61,509 nt of DNA from Alphaproteobacteria bacterium UBA2903 (GCA_002349565.1 DEDN01000007.1:1-61509), one strand, 5' to 3'; positions 1 through 9,472 are shown, numbered from the stretch's first letter. Translations and numbers: made by a program. Notes: generated by a model from the letters alone, not told the origin.

Positions 1-211
1 GAAGCAATCTCGGGACAGGTCGGCACAAGTGCCAATATTTGCGCGGGACTGCCGCGCCCCTGTCGGGGCTCGCAGTTGCGATTCTCTATTTATTTTTCAA
101 TACAATATAAAAAAATCCCGAACTTGCGAGGGCCTTAGCCCGAAGCAATCCCGGGACAGGTCGGCACGGGTGCCAATACTTGCACGGGACTGCTTCACTT
201 CGTTCGCAGTT
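1..211. repeat. Two copies of a REP/RPE-like palindromic element
   Basis: 52-bp core at 1-52 and 142-193 (GAAGCAATC..GGGACTGC, 5 mismatches). Copy 2 is bounded by an imperfect inverted repeat AACTTGCGAG..TTCGCAGTT (121-211). Copy 1 is cut by the window edge. Confidence 0.75.
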
Positions 212-268
212 TCGAATCATATATAAAATCGCAATTGCGAGTCTGCAATAGCGGAAAATTAGTCGTCG

Positions 269-2143
269 TCATCCTTTTAACGCCCGAATTGCGTTCAGAA
301 CGGCAAGCACCATTACGCCGACATCTGCGAACACCGCCGCGCCCATGCCCGCCAGTCCGAAAGCCCCCAACGCCAAGCATGCCGTTTTGACGCCGATGGC
401 GAACACGATGTTTTCCCGCACAATCCGCAAACATTTGCGTGATATTTTGATGCTTAAAGCAATTTTTTGCGGATCGTCGTCCATCAGTACGACATCGGCG
501 GCTTCAATTGCGGCATCCGATCCGATCGCTCCCATGGCAATGCCGACATCCGCCCGCGCCAAAACGGGTGCGTCGTTGATGCCGTCGCCGACAAAAGCAA
601 GTTTGTCCGACGGGCGTTCGGCTTTCAGCAATTCTTCGACCTTTTGCACTTTGTCGGCGGGCAAAAGCTCGCTATAAACGGCATCCAAGCCCAAGTATTT
701 GCCGACATGTTCCGCCACCGCTTTGACGTCGCCCGTCAGCATAACCGTTTTTTTGACGCCCGCGGCTTTCAAGTCGGCGATTGCCTGTTTGGCTTGCGGT
801 TTCACCACATCCGCAATGACGATATGTCCCGCATATTTGCCGTCCAAAGCCGTGTGAACAATCGTTCCGATGCTGTGGCAAGGCGTACTGTCAACATTGA
901 TTTTTTTCATCAGCTTGTCATTGCCCGCAGCGAAAGTTTTGCCGTTGATGCAGGCAATCACACCGCCGCCCGCGACTTCGCGCACATCCGAAACAGCGGA
1001 ACGATCGACTGTTTTGCCATACGCCCGGCAGATGCTTTTCCCGACGGGATGCGATGACGAACACTCCGCCAAAGCAGCATATTCCAACAGTTTTTCGGCT
1101 TCCATTTCATTGTGGTGAACGCCGCAGACTTTAAAAACGCCTTGGGTCAGGGTTCCCGTTTTATCGAATACGACGGTTTTGGTTTTCGCCAGCGTTTCCA
1201 GATAGTTTGCCCCTTTTATCAGAATGCCCGCCTTGCTTGCGCCGCCGATGCCCGCGAAAAAGCTGAGCGGAACACTGATAACCAAGGCACACGGACAACT
1301 GATGACCAAAAAGACCAAAGCGCGATAGATCCAGCTTTCCCAATCGGCGGGAAGCCCCATGAAAAACAGCCGAAACAGAGGCGGCAGAACCGCCAAAGCC
1401 AACGCGCCGAAACAAACGGCAGGGGTATACACATGTGCGAATTTTGAAATATAGGCTTCGGATTTTGCTTTGCGCGACTGCGCGTTTTCCAGCAGGGCGA
1501 AAATTTTGGACACCGTCGATTCGCCGAACGGCTTGGTCGTTTCAATATGCAGAACGCCGTCAAGGTTAATGCAGCCGCTGAAAATTTCATCTCCCGCTTC
1601 AACCGTGCGCGGCATGCTTTCGCCCGTCAAAGCCGCCGTGTTCAGCGACGATCTGCCGCTGACGATCCGTCCGTCCAACGGCACTTTTTCCCCCGGCTGA
1701 ACAACAATGACGGAGCCGACCGTCACCGTATCGGGCGCAACCGTTTCAAGCTTGCCGTCTTTTTCAAGATGTGCGCAATCGGGGCGGATGTCCATTAAAG
1801 CGGAAATGTTTTTGCGGCTTTTGTCAACGGCAATGTCTTCAAATAGTTCGCCCGTTTGGAAAAACACCATTACGGCGACGGCTTCGGTATAGTCCCCCGT
1901 TTTGTAAATCGCCAAGGAAATTGCGCCCAGCGTCGCTACAGCCATTAAAAAGTCTTCGTCGAACAAATCGCCGTCTTTGATGCCGCCGAACGCTTCCAGC
2001 AAGACATCGTAACCCGCAATCAGATACGCCGCGATATACAAAGCCGCCGTGATTTCCGACGGCAAAGGAATAAAATGCAGTGCCGCAACCATTCCCGCCG
2101 CAGCCAAAATGCGAGCCAGTTTTGTTCTTTGTTCCGTTTCCAT
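269..2143 (-). CDS. zntA: Heavy-metal translocating P1B-type ATPase (Zn/Cd/Pb, ZntA/CadA-like)
   Basis: TGES, CPC, DKTGT, HP and GDGINDAP motifs. Start moved to ATG 2143, behind a GGAG RBS. Confidence 0.9.
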   Translation of the reverse strand: METEQRTKLARILAAAGMVAALHFIPLPSEITAALYIAAYLIAGYDVLLEAFGGIKDGDLFDEDFLMAVATLGAISLAIYKTGDYTEAVAVMVFFQTGELFEDIAVDKSRKNISALMDIRPDCAHLEKDGKLETVAPDTVTVGSVIVVQPGEKVPLDGRIVSGRSSLNTAALTGESMPRTVEAGDEIFSGCINLDGVLHIETTKPFGESTVSKIFALLENAQSRKAKSEAYISKFAHVYTPAVCFGALALAVLPPLFRLFFMGLPADWESWIYRALVFLVISCPCALVISVPLSFFAGIGGASKAGILIKGANYLETLAKTKTVVFDKTGTLTQGVFKVCGVHHNEMEAEKLLEYAALAECSSSHPVGKSICRAYGKTVDRSAVSDVREVAGGGVIACINGKTFAAGNDKLMKKINVDSTPCHSIGTIVHTALDGKYAGHIVIADVVKPQAKQAIADLKAAGVKKTVMLTGDVKAVAEHVGKYLGLDAVYSELLPADKVQKVEELLKAERPSDKLAFVGDGINDAPVLARADVGIAMGAIGSDAAIEAADVVLMDDDPQKIALSIKISRKCLRIVRENIVFAIGVKTACLALGAFGLAGMGAAVFADVGVMVLAVLNAIRALKG

Positions 2144-2157
2144 TGCCGTTCTCCGAT

Positions 2158-2187
2158 TTAACAATTAAGCAATCATTTAATTGTTAA
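2158..2187. promoter_or_regulatory. Putative ArsR/SmtB operator
   Basis: Perfect 11-8-11 inverted repeat TTAACAATTAA-N8-TTAATTGTTAA between the divergent ATPase and ArsR genes. Confidence 0.7.
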
Positions 2188-2272
2188 GGTAGAACAATCG
2201 GACAGGGCTGTCAACAAAAAACATTCTTTCTTTGACGGGCAACTGTGGTAACATACGATATCGGAGGATACC

Positions 2273-2626
2273 ATGGAATTGCCGCACAATCACGGGCAGA
2301 ACGTCGAACATAATTTCGATCACATGCCGAAAACATCGGATTTTCAAGTCGTTTCGGATATTTTCAAGCTGCTGGACGACAACAACCGCGCGCGAATTTT
2401 CTGGCTGTTATGCCATTGCGAAGAATGCGTCATCAATCTGTCCGCCATGATGGAAATGAGCAGTCCCGCCGTCATGCACCATTTAACCCGCCTGAAAGCC
2501 GCGGGATTGGTCGTGTCGGAACGCAAAGGCAAGGAAGTCTACTACAAAGCCGCAGAAACCCCGCAAGCGGATCTGCTGCATCATACAATCGAAAAGCTGG
2601 TTGAAATCAGCTGTCCGTCGGCTTAG
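2273..2626 (+). CDS. ArsR/SmtB family metal-responsive repressor
   Basis: Winged-HTH pattern (ECVINLS..SSPAVMHHL..LV..ER.GKEVYY), His-rich N-terminus, GGAGG RBS, divergent from the P1B ATPase. Confidence 0.9.
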   Translation: MELPHNHGQNVEHNFDHMPKTSDFQVVSDIFKLLDDNNRARIFWLLCHCEECVINLSAMMEMSSPAVMHHLTRLKAAGLVVSERKGKEVYYKAAETPQADLLHHTIEKLVEISCPSA

Positions 2627-3186
2627 TCCAAATGCTTCAAGCCCGAACGCAGGTAATCGTATCCCGTAATCATTGTCAGCAAAGCGGCAATCCAGAACAG
2701 CACTTCGCCGATTTCGCCGAAATAGCAGAACCACGGTGAATAATCGGCAACCATCAGCATCGGAATCGCCGTCATCTGGATGCCCGTTTTCCATTTCGCC
2801 AGTCGCGTTACGGGCAATCCGACCTGAATGCCCGCCAGATATTCGCGCAGTCCGGAAACCAGCACTTCGCGGCACAGAATAATCACGGCGGGGAAAATGC
2901 CCGTATAGCCCAAACGGTCGTATGCCGCCATCATCAGCAGCGTTGCGGACACCAGCAGTTTGTCGGCGATCGGATCAAGCACGCGTCCCAAGCTGGACGT
3001 GCTTTTGAACTTGCGCGCCAAATAACCGTCGAACCAGTCCGTTACGGACGCCAGTACGAACAATCCGCACCCGATCCATGCCCACAGCACGCCCGGAAAC
3101 GAAAAGGTCGCCACGACGAACGGAATGACCAAAATCCGCATAAACGTCAAATAATTGGGAATTTTTTTCTTGAAAGCCGAATCCAT
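2623..3186 (-). CDS. pgsA: CDP-diacylglycerol--glycerol-3-phosphate 3-phosphatidyltransferase
   Basis: PNYLT..R and DWFDGYLAR..G..LDPIADK CDP-alcohol phosphatidyltransferase signature. Confidence 0.93.
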   Translation of the reverse strand: MDSAFKKKIPNYLTFMRILVIPFVVATFSFPGVLWAWIGCGLFVLASVTDWFDGYLARKFKSTSSLGRVLDPIADKLLVSATLLMMAAYDRLGYTGIFPAVIILCREVLVSGLREYLAGIQVGLPVTRLAKWKTGIQMTAIPMLMVADYSPWFCYFGEIGEVLFWIAALLTMITGYDYLRSGLKHLD

Positions 3187-3241
3187 TACCGTATGTCCGA
3201 ATAACTGTTTTTCTTCATACTAAAACGTTAATCCTTTTGAA

Positions 3242-3646
3242 TCAAAAGTTTTTTAAGAAAATTCGCAAAACTTTCGCCAAATCGGTATCCGCGGGGGCAA
3301 GCGGCAAATCATCGCTCCAATCTGTCCAAGCGACAGACTGCCCCTCTTTGCCCGTGATTTCGCCCGACCAGGCGCGGCAGACGAACAAAGGCATGACCAA
3401 GTGAAACGCGGGATAATCGTAAGAAACGAACGAACACGGAATCATCGTTTCGGGCGCAACCGCAATGCCCAATTCTTCGAACAACTCACGCGCCAAAGCT
3501 TCGCGCGGCGTTTCGCCCTGTTCGATTTTCCCACCCGGAAATTCCCAAAAGCCCGCCAAATTTTTGCCGGCGGGTCTTTGCGCCAGCAAAACGCGCCCCG
3601 CTTTGTCAACCAAAGCCCCCGCGACGACCCACAAAATTTTTGTCAT
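3242..3646 (-). CDS. mutT: NUDIX 8-oxo-dGTP diphosphatase
   Basis: WEFPGGKIEQGETPREALARELFEELG Nudix box. Start at 3646 gives an ATGA overlap with the upstream stop (3658 is an alternative). Confidence 0.85.
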   Translation of the reverse strand: MTKILWVVAGALVDKAGRVLLAQRPAGKNLAGFWEFPGGKIEQGETPREALARELFEELGIAVAPETMIPCSFVSYDYPAFHLVMPLFVCRAWSGEITGKEGQSVAWTDWSDDLPLAPADTDLAKVLRIFLKNF

Positions 3647-5145
3647 TTGCTCCTCCATACGGATGCGGGGTCTTCCAAATCCCCGCTGGAAATGTCGATG
3701 ACTTCAAACCGATAGACTTTGACCGTCGGCGACCAGTAATCCCCCGGCAATCCCGCCTTGCGCTTCAAATGCGTCAAAAACTCCCCGGGCGATGAAAACG
3801 AATCCCAAATCTGCGGCAAAAACAGCCCCGTGTTCGCCCGTTCCCGCAACACCAAGCCGTCCGTTTTCGGGCGAATCTGCTCCAACAAATCCGCTTCATC
3901 TGAAAACTTTATCCGTGTGCGGCGGGTCAAAAGCGAAATCGAGATTTCGGCGTCTTTCAATTCGTCCTGCGTCAGCGGATTGAATCTGAAGTCCATAAAC
4001 GCCGCGTTGTAGGCGTTTTCGGCAATGTCGTCGACAATCGGACGCACCGCTTCCGCCGATCCCGCGCTGCCGCGCAAGGCGCCGTTGTAATAAAGGCTGA
4101 CGAACGTTGCGCCTTTTTGGCGCAATTCTTCGGGATAGCGCGACAATCGAACGCGCAGGGCGCGCCCGCGTTCAAAGCCCGATACAATCGACTGTGCCGC
4201 AATGCGCAGCAAATCGTTTTGATGCGCTTTCAGCAGGCTTTCCGTTTCCTCTTTGCTGGTTTCGGCGGCGGATGCGTTTTCGTAAATGCCGAACGCCCCG
4301 TATCCCGTCGTTTTGCCCGACAGCGGATCTTCGCCCGTCCGCCCGTCCAGTTCGCGGACGGAAGCCCCGATTTCCCGCAGGTAAGACAGCAGTCCTTCAA
4401 CGGAACGGGGGGCGGAAAGCCGATTTTTTTTCAGCGGCGTTTCCTCTTTCTTTGCGATTATCCGCACCGTTTGGGCATCCGTTTCCGAAACCGCGCGCGC
4501 CGAATCGCCTTTGGACAGGTTGGACGCGACAACGATCACGGTATCCGCGCCGCCCCATACCAAATCGATCAAATCGGACACCTGATCCGTTCCCGCGTCA
4601 TCCACCAGAATCGGCAGGATTTTGATGTCCGGGCGGAACACCGCCGCGATGAAAGGCAGCTGAGTTTCCAAAGCTTCTTCATTTTCAAAAGCGGCATCGT
4701 CGAAATCGACGCCTTGGATTTTGCGGAGCTTTTCCACCGTTTCGGAATCCGTTTCGAACTTTTGTCCGGACGGCATCGCCCAATACTTCGCCGACGACAG
4801 GGATATGCCGAAATACCGTCCGTGCTGCGGCGAAGAAATCAACACCACCCGGCGGACAAAAGGTTTGATTTTCATCAAAGACGCATACGCCGCCGCCGCC
4901 ACGCGTCCCGACGCCGACGATATCGGATCGTGCGGGACGATAACGACTTTCGGCGTTTTTTCCCCGTCAAAGCGGAAATGCCCCTGCGCCGAAGCCAGCA
5001 AATCGCCGATTTGTTTTTTCAAAACTTCGGCATCGCGGGGGTAATACAGCCCCGCCGCCGTGGGGTAGCGCGTTTTGACGGACAAGTCTACCGCCGCCTG
5101 CGCTTGAAAGCCCGCAAAACACAACAATAAAATCAAAAACCGCAT
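3643..5145 (-). CDS. Memo (AmrB) + AMMECR1 (AmrA) fusion with signal peptide and degenerate motifs
   Basis: R.P..AG.YYP, IVPH and E.QLPF (Memo); GATFVSL..LRG, D.RF.P, EISISLL, FLPQIW and HLK.KAG (AMMECR1); N-terminal MRFLILLLCFAGFQAQA. Confidence 0.8.
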   Translation of the reverse strand: MRFLILLLCFAGFQAQAAVDLSVKTRYPTAAGLYYPRDAEVLKKQIGDLLASAQGHFRFDGEKTPKVVIVPHDPISSASGRVAAAAYASLMKIKPFVRRVVLISSPQHGRYFGISLSSAKYWAMPSGQKFETDSETVEKLRKIQGVDFDDAAFENEEALETQLPFIAAVFRPDIKILPILVDDAGTDQVSDLIDLVWGGADTVIVVASNLSKGDSARAVSETDAQTVRIIAKKEETPLKKNRLSAPRSVEGLLSYLREIGASVRELDGRTGEDPLSGKTTGYGAFGIYENASAAETSKEETESLLKAHQNDLLRIAAQSIVSGFERGRALRVRLSRYPEELRQKGATFVSLYYNGALRGSAGSAEAVRPIVDDIAENAYNAAFMDFRFNPLTQDELKDAEISISLLTRRTRIKFSDEADLLEQIRPKTDGLVLRERANTGLFLPQIWDSFSSPGEFLTHLKRKAGLPGDYWSPTVKVYRFEVIDISSGDLEDPASVWRSK

Positions 5146-5152
5146 AAACGTT

Positions 5153-5974
5153 TCAAATCCGTGACAAACAGTACCGGAACGAGCTTACCAAATTTTCAAT
5201 CAAGCGGGGATAAAAATCTTTGCCTGCGGGAATGTTTGCGCCCAGCGGATCCGCGGCGGCATCGACGACATCCAATCCTTCGCGCACCGCGTTTGCCGCC
5301 GAGGACGACAGCTGCGGTTCCGAAAAAAGGCAGACTTTTCCGCTTTCCCTTATTTTTTCGCGCAGTTCCGACAAATGAGCCGCCCCCGTTCCGCGATGAG
5401 CGTCAACCAGTACCGCGCCGATGCCGTGAAGATTGAACTCTCGCGCAAATTCGGAATACGCATCGTGAAAAACGACGAAAGGCTTGTTTTTGACATTTTC
5501 CAAATCCCGCCGCCCCCGTTCGGTCAGCCGCGTTGCCAGCGCGGCGAATCCGTCGGCGTTGCGGCGGTAGGTTTCCGTGTGTTCGGGATCAAGCTTTGCC
5601 AGCTCTTGCGCCGTTTTTTGCGCAATGTCCGCCATTTTCGGCGGGGACAGCCAAAAATGGGGATCTCCGCCGTCAATAAAAGACACGCTTTTTGTTCCCG
5701 TTGCTTCCAATGCTTTGGGCAAAAAGCTTTCAAGCGTTGCGCCGCCGTAAAAAACAACGTCTGCGGCGGCGATTTTTCGCAGATCCGACGGCTTTAACCG
5801 ATACTCATGAACGGATACGGCGGGATTCAGCAGCAGATCGGGAACGAAAACGCCGTCCGTCACCGCCGCAACGACGGAATGAAGCGGCGCAATCGACACC
5901 AGAACCGCGGGCGAATCGGCGCGCGCCGCATGGACGGTCAACAGCAACATTCCGAAAAACAAGCGAAGTTTCAT
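5153..5974 (-). CDS. znuA: Zinc ABC transporter periplasmic binding protein
   Basis: SVHEY.LKPSD, DPHFWLSP and FHDAY motifs. Signal peptide begins at ATG 5974. Confidence 0.9.
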   Translation of the reverse strand: MKLRLFFGMLLLTVHAARADSPAVLVSIAPLHSVVAAVTDGVFVPDLLLNPAVSVHEYRLKPSDLRKIAAADVVFYGGATLESFLPKALEATGTKSVSFIDGGDPHFWLSPPKMADIAQKTAQELAKLDPEHTETYRRNADGFAALATRLTERGRRDLENVKNKPFVVFHDAYSEFAREFNLHGIGAVLVDAHRGTGAAHLSELREKIRESGKVCLFSEPQLSSSAANAVREGLDVVDAAADPLGANIPAGKDFYPRLIENLVSSFRYCLSRI

Positions 5975-6044
5975 AAAAATTTCCCCTTTTGAAGCGAATT
6001 TGTAGTATGAAATCGAATAAAAAGCAATCAAAAGGAATTTTTCC

Positions 6045-6746
6045 ATGAATTTGATCGAACTGAAACATATTCGTTTCGATATCGGGGATTTGACCGTTTT
6101 GGACAATGTTTCCATGACCGTTCCCGGCGGGCGAATCGTGACGCTCATCGGACCGAACGGTGCTGGAAAAACAACGCTGCTGAAGATTGTTTTGGGTATT
6201 TTGAACCCGACGGGCGGGGAGGTTGTCAGAAAAAACGGTTTGAAGATCGGTTATGTGCCGCAAAAGCTGAATTTGCCGACGACCATGCCGCTGACGGTGC
6301 GGCGGTTTATGGCGTTGGGCAAGCCGTTTTCGGCAGATGCCGTTCGCGAAGCCTGCGCCAAAACGGGTGTGTCGGATTTGATCGACCGCGAAATGCATCC
6401 CCTTTCGGGCGGGGAAACACAGCGGGTTTTGCTGGCAAGGGCTTTGCTGCAAAACCCCGACTTGCTGGTGTTGGACGAACCCGCGCAGGGTTTGGATCCC
6501 GCAGGCGAGGAAGCTTTGTACGAATTGATCGCGAAACTGAACAAACAGCGCGGGTGCGCCGTTTTGATGGTGTCGCACGATTTGCACGTCGTAATGGCGA
6601 AAACGGATAACGTGATTTGTCTGAACCGCCATGTTTGCTGTTCGGGAAAACCGCAGGAGATCTCCGCTTTGTCGCCGTATACGACACTTTACCGGCACAG
6701 CCACGACCATACGCATCTGTCCGACGGGAGGATTGTCCATGATTGA
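6045..6746 (+). CDS. znuC: Zinc ABC transporter ATPase
   Basis: GPNGAGKT, LSGGE, LDEP, and a C-terminal CLN.H.CC.G..His-rich tail. Confidence 0.92.
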   Translation: MNLIELKHIRFDIGDLTVLDNVSMTVPGGRIVTLIGPNGAGKTTLLKIVLGILNPTGGEVVRKNGLKIGYVPQKLNLPTTMPLTVRRFMALGKPFSADAVREACAKTGVSDLIDREMHPLSGGETQRVLLARALLQNPDLLVLDEPAQGLDPAGEEALYELIAKLNKQRGCAVLMVSHDLHVVMAKTDNVICLNRHVCCSGKPQEISALSPYTTLYRHSHDHTHLSDGRIVHD

Positions 6747-7539
6747 ACCTTTTGTCTTGCGCGCCGCGCTGGCGGCTTTGATAACGGCTGTTCCTGCGGG
6801 ATTTGTCGGCAGTTTGATGATTTGGCGCAGAACCGCCTATTTTGGGGACACGCTGTCCCATTCGGCTTTGGCGGGCATCGTATTGGGGGCGGCGCTGGGC
6901 GTATCGCCGAATATCGCCGTCGCGTTGCTGACGGGTGTTCTGGCTCTGCTGCTGATCAAAATTCCGCAAAGAAACATCCTCGGCATGGATTTGTATTTGC
7001 TGATTATCGGGCAGACGGCTTTGTGCGCGGGATTGGTCGGGCTGGCGTACATGCCCGATTTCCGCGCCGATTTGACGGGATATCTGTTCGGCGACGTTCT
7101 GTCCGTTTCGTCGAACGATTTGCTGTTTATGGCGGCGATGGGCGCTGTGTGCGCGTTGGTGCTTGCAGTCAATTGGAAAAAACAGGTTTTTTGCGCCGCC
7201 GCTCCCGACATCGCCCGCAGCGAAGGCATCGACATCCTTTGCCAAAACAGGCTGTTTACGATATTGACGGCTTTGTTTGTCGCAATGGCGTTCAGAACAA
7301 CGGGACTGCTGCTGGTTTCCGCCTTGCTGATCGTTCCCGCCTGCGCCGCCCGCTTCATAGCGCGCACGCCCGAACAAATGGCGGTCAAAGCCGCCGTTAT
7401 CGGAGCCTTTTGCTCCATTGCGGGCATTGCCGCTTCCGTTTTGTTCGACGCGCCCGCCGCCCCTGCCGTCGAACAGGCTTGCGCCGCGGCATTCGTTTTG
7501 TGCGGAACGTTTTTCCGCTGCCACAAAAAAATCATATAA
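6739..7539 (+). CDS. znuB: Zinc ABC transporter permease
   Basis: WRR.AYFGDTLSH and YLFGD.L motifs. Start at ATG 6739 overlaps the znuC end. Confidence 0.9.
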   Translation: MIEPFVLRAALAALITAVPAGFVGSLMIWRRTAYFGDTLSHSALAGIVLGAALGVSPNIAVALLTGVLALLLIKIPQRNILGMDLYLLIIGQTALCAGLVGLAYMPDFRADLTGYLFGDVLSVSSNDLLFMAAMGAVCALVLAVNWKKQVFCAAAPDIARSEGIDILCQNRLFTILTALFVAMAFRTTGLLLVSALLIVPACAARFIARTPEQMAVKAAVIGAFCSIAGIAASVLFDAPAAPAVEQACAAAFVLCGTFFRCHKKII

Positions 7540-7605
7540 ACTTTCTTGCATCCCCCAGGCTTAACCTTTATACTTGGCTAAGATTGGGTTTTTGGGATTT
7601 GCTTG

Positions 7606-8574
7606 ATGGCTAAAATCGACGAACAGCTTTTTTCCGATATTTATTTCACGCCGGAACATATTATTTACGTTCACGACGGCGAAACGCGATTCGGATTGAA
7701 ACAGCTGGAAGTCGACGACGCGCAGGAATTTCACGACGCTTTGGAAAAAGCGTACAACGGACGTTCCAGCTATTCCATGGCGTACGGTTCGACAATGTAC
7801 CGCGTCGAACGCGTCGTGACGCTGACGGGCGTTCATTATTCCGCCAGACGCATGCCGCGCAAAACCCCCGACGTGGCGCGCTTGGGTTTGCCCGAAGCGG
7901 TCACCAACCATTTGATTTCCTTGAATCGCGAATCGGGATTGATTTTATGGGGCGGTCCGACGGGCGCGGGGAAAACGACGTCGATTTCATGCCTGTTGCG
8001 CAAATATCTGGAACGCGAGGGCGGTTTTGCCTATACCATCGAAGATCCCCCCGAAATGCCTCTTGACGGCATTTACCAATCCAAACGCGGCGGTTTGGGG
8101 TTGTGCAAACAGACCGAACCCGACAACAACGACTGGGGCGAATCGCTGAAATCCGCTTTGCGCTGCCGTCCGCGCTATATTTTGGTCGGCGAAATCCGCA
8201 CTCCCGACGCTGCCAGCCAGATTTTGCGCGCGGCGACCTCGGGACACTTGGTTTTATCGACCATTCACGCCAACAGCGTGGAGGATGCGCTGAATTCGGT
8301 CATCAAATACGCGATGTCTTCGGATTTGAGCGAAGAACTGGCGGCGGATCTGCTGGGGCGCGGCATTTTGGGCGTTGTGCATCAAAAGCTGCAGGGCATC
8401 AAGACCATGTTTCCGGAAGTCCGCTTTGTTTTTGCAAATCCCGATCCGACAGCCGCAGACCAGCTGCGCATTTGCATCCGCGACCGTCAAATCGCTTTGG
8501 GAACGCTGATGGAATCCCAGTCCGCGCGTATGTATCAAGGCAAACCTTTGTTCCGCGAACCGGATGCGCCCTGA
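7606..8574 (+). CDS. PilT/DotB-like secretion or retraction ATPase
   Basis: Walker A GPTGAGKT, Asp box TIEDPPE, Walker B ILVGEIR, His box GHLVLSTIH. About 322 aa with no Cys4 zinc motif. Confidence 0.8.
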   Translation: MAKIDEQLFSDIYFTPEHIIYVHDGETRFGLKQLEVDDAQEFHDALEKAYNGRSSYSMAYGSTMYRVERVVTLTGVHYSARRMPRKTPDVARLGLPEAVTNHLISLNRESGLILWGGPTGAGKTTSISCLLRKYLEREGGFAYTIEDPPEMPLDGIYQSKRGGLGLCKQTEPDNNDWGESLKSALRCRPRYILVGEIRTPDAASQILRAATSGHLVLSTIHANSVEDALNSVIKYAMSSDLSEELAADLLGRGILGVVHQKLQGIKTMFPEVRFVFANPDPTAADQLRICIRDRQIALGTLMESQSARMYQGKPLFREPDAP

Positions 8575-8581
8575 TTTTTGC

Positions 8582-9472
8582 ATGAAGCGTTGGCTGTTTT
8601 CCGTATTGCTGCTGGCGGCTTGCCAAGCCCCGATTGACGACGGTTCGATTTTGAAAGTGGATGCCTATTCCGACGGGATTCCCGCCGATAAAACGGCTGT
8701 CATCGTCTTGCAAAACAAACAAATCCGCAAAAACAATTTGGAATATGTCCAGTTTTACCGCAAGCTGATTCCGATTTTAAAGGAAAAAGGCTATCGTCCG
8801 GTTGACGAAAATCAGCCGCATGCCGTTATATTGAAACTTTATTTCGGTGTTCAAAACGCGGGATATCTGCGCAGCCGCTACGGCGTCGAGGAAAAAGCCG
8901 AACCCGCCGCTGCGGATGAATTGCAGCCTTTGCTTTCCGCGCTGTACACGCGGACAAGGCTTTATGCCAAATTTTTGCGCCTGACTGCCGTTGACGCCCG
9001 CGATCCGTCGCGCGAATTATGGAAAATTGTAATCATCAAAGAAGGCGCAAAATCGGATTTCAGATCGGCTCAATACGAACTGCTGTATTTGCTCAGCCGT
9101 TACATGGAACGGGATTCCTCTGTTCAAATCAGCGGGAATCTGCCGTATTCCGAGGTATATCAAAGATTTGTCAAAAAACTGTCCCCGTCATCCATGGATA
9201 CGGCGCTTTATATGCCGATGGAAAACAAATATGCCTATGCCGAACGGATGCAGAAAAAAATCAACGCCAATCCTGCGGTTTTCGCCCCATGCGGCGTGAC
9301 CGAAAAGGTCGAAATCGTTTTCAGAGTATCCGATTTCGGAACGATTACTTATTTTAAAGCCGCCTTGCCCGACGAAATGCGCAACTGTGTGTTTCAAGCA
9401 TTGGAAAGCTTGACGGAACCGCCAATCGACATCCCCGCGGACGAAGCGTTTATCGTTTATTTGAAGCCTTGA
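8582..9472 (+). CDS. Hypothetical lipoprotein
   Basis: MKRWLFSVLLLAAC lipobox; starts 7 bp after the ATPase stop. Confidence 0.7.
   Translation: MKRWLFSVLLLAACQAPIDDGSILKVDAYSDGIPADKTAVIVLQNKQIRKNNLEYVQFYRKLIPILKEKGYRPVDENQPHAVILKLYFGVQNAGYLRSRYGVEEKAEPAAADELQPLLSALYTRTRLYAKFLRLTAVDARDPSRELWKIVIIKEGAKSDFRSAQYELLYLLSRYMERDSSVQISGNLPYSEVYQRFVKKLSPSSMDTALYMPMENKYAYAERMQKKINANPAVFAPCGVTEKVEIVFRVSDFGTITYFKAALPDEMRNCVFQALESLTEPPIDIPADEAFIVYLKP

Noticed and set aside
5990-6020. Zur box between znuA and znuC
   Set aside because: Expected by position, but the match to the GAAATGTTATA-N-TATAACATTTC palindrome is too weak to call by eye.
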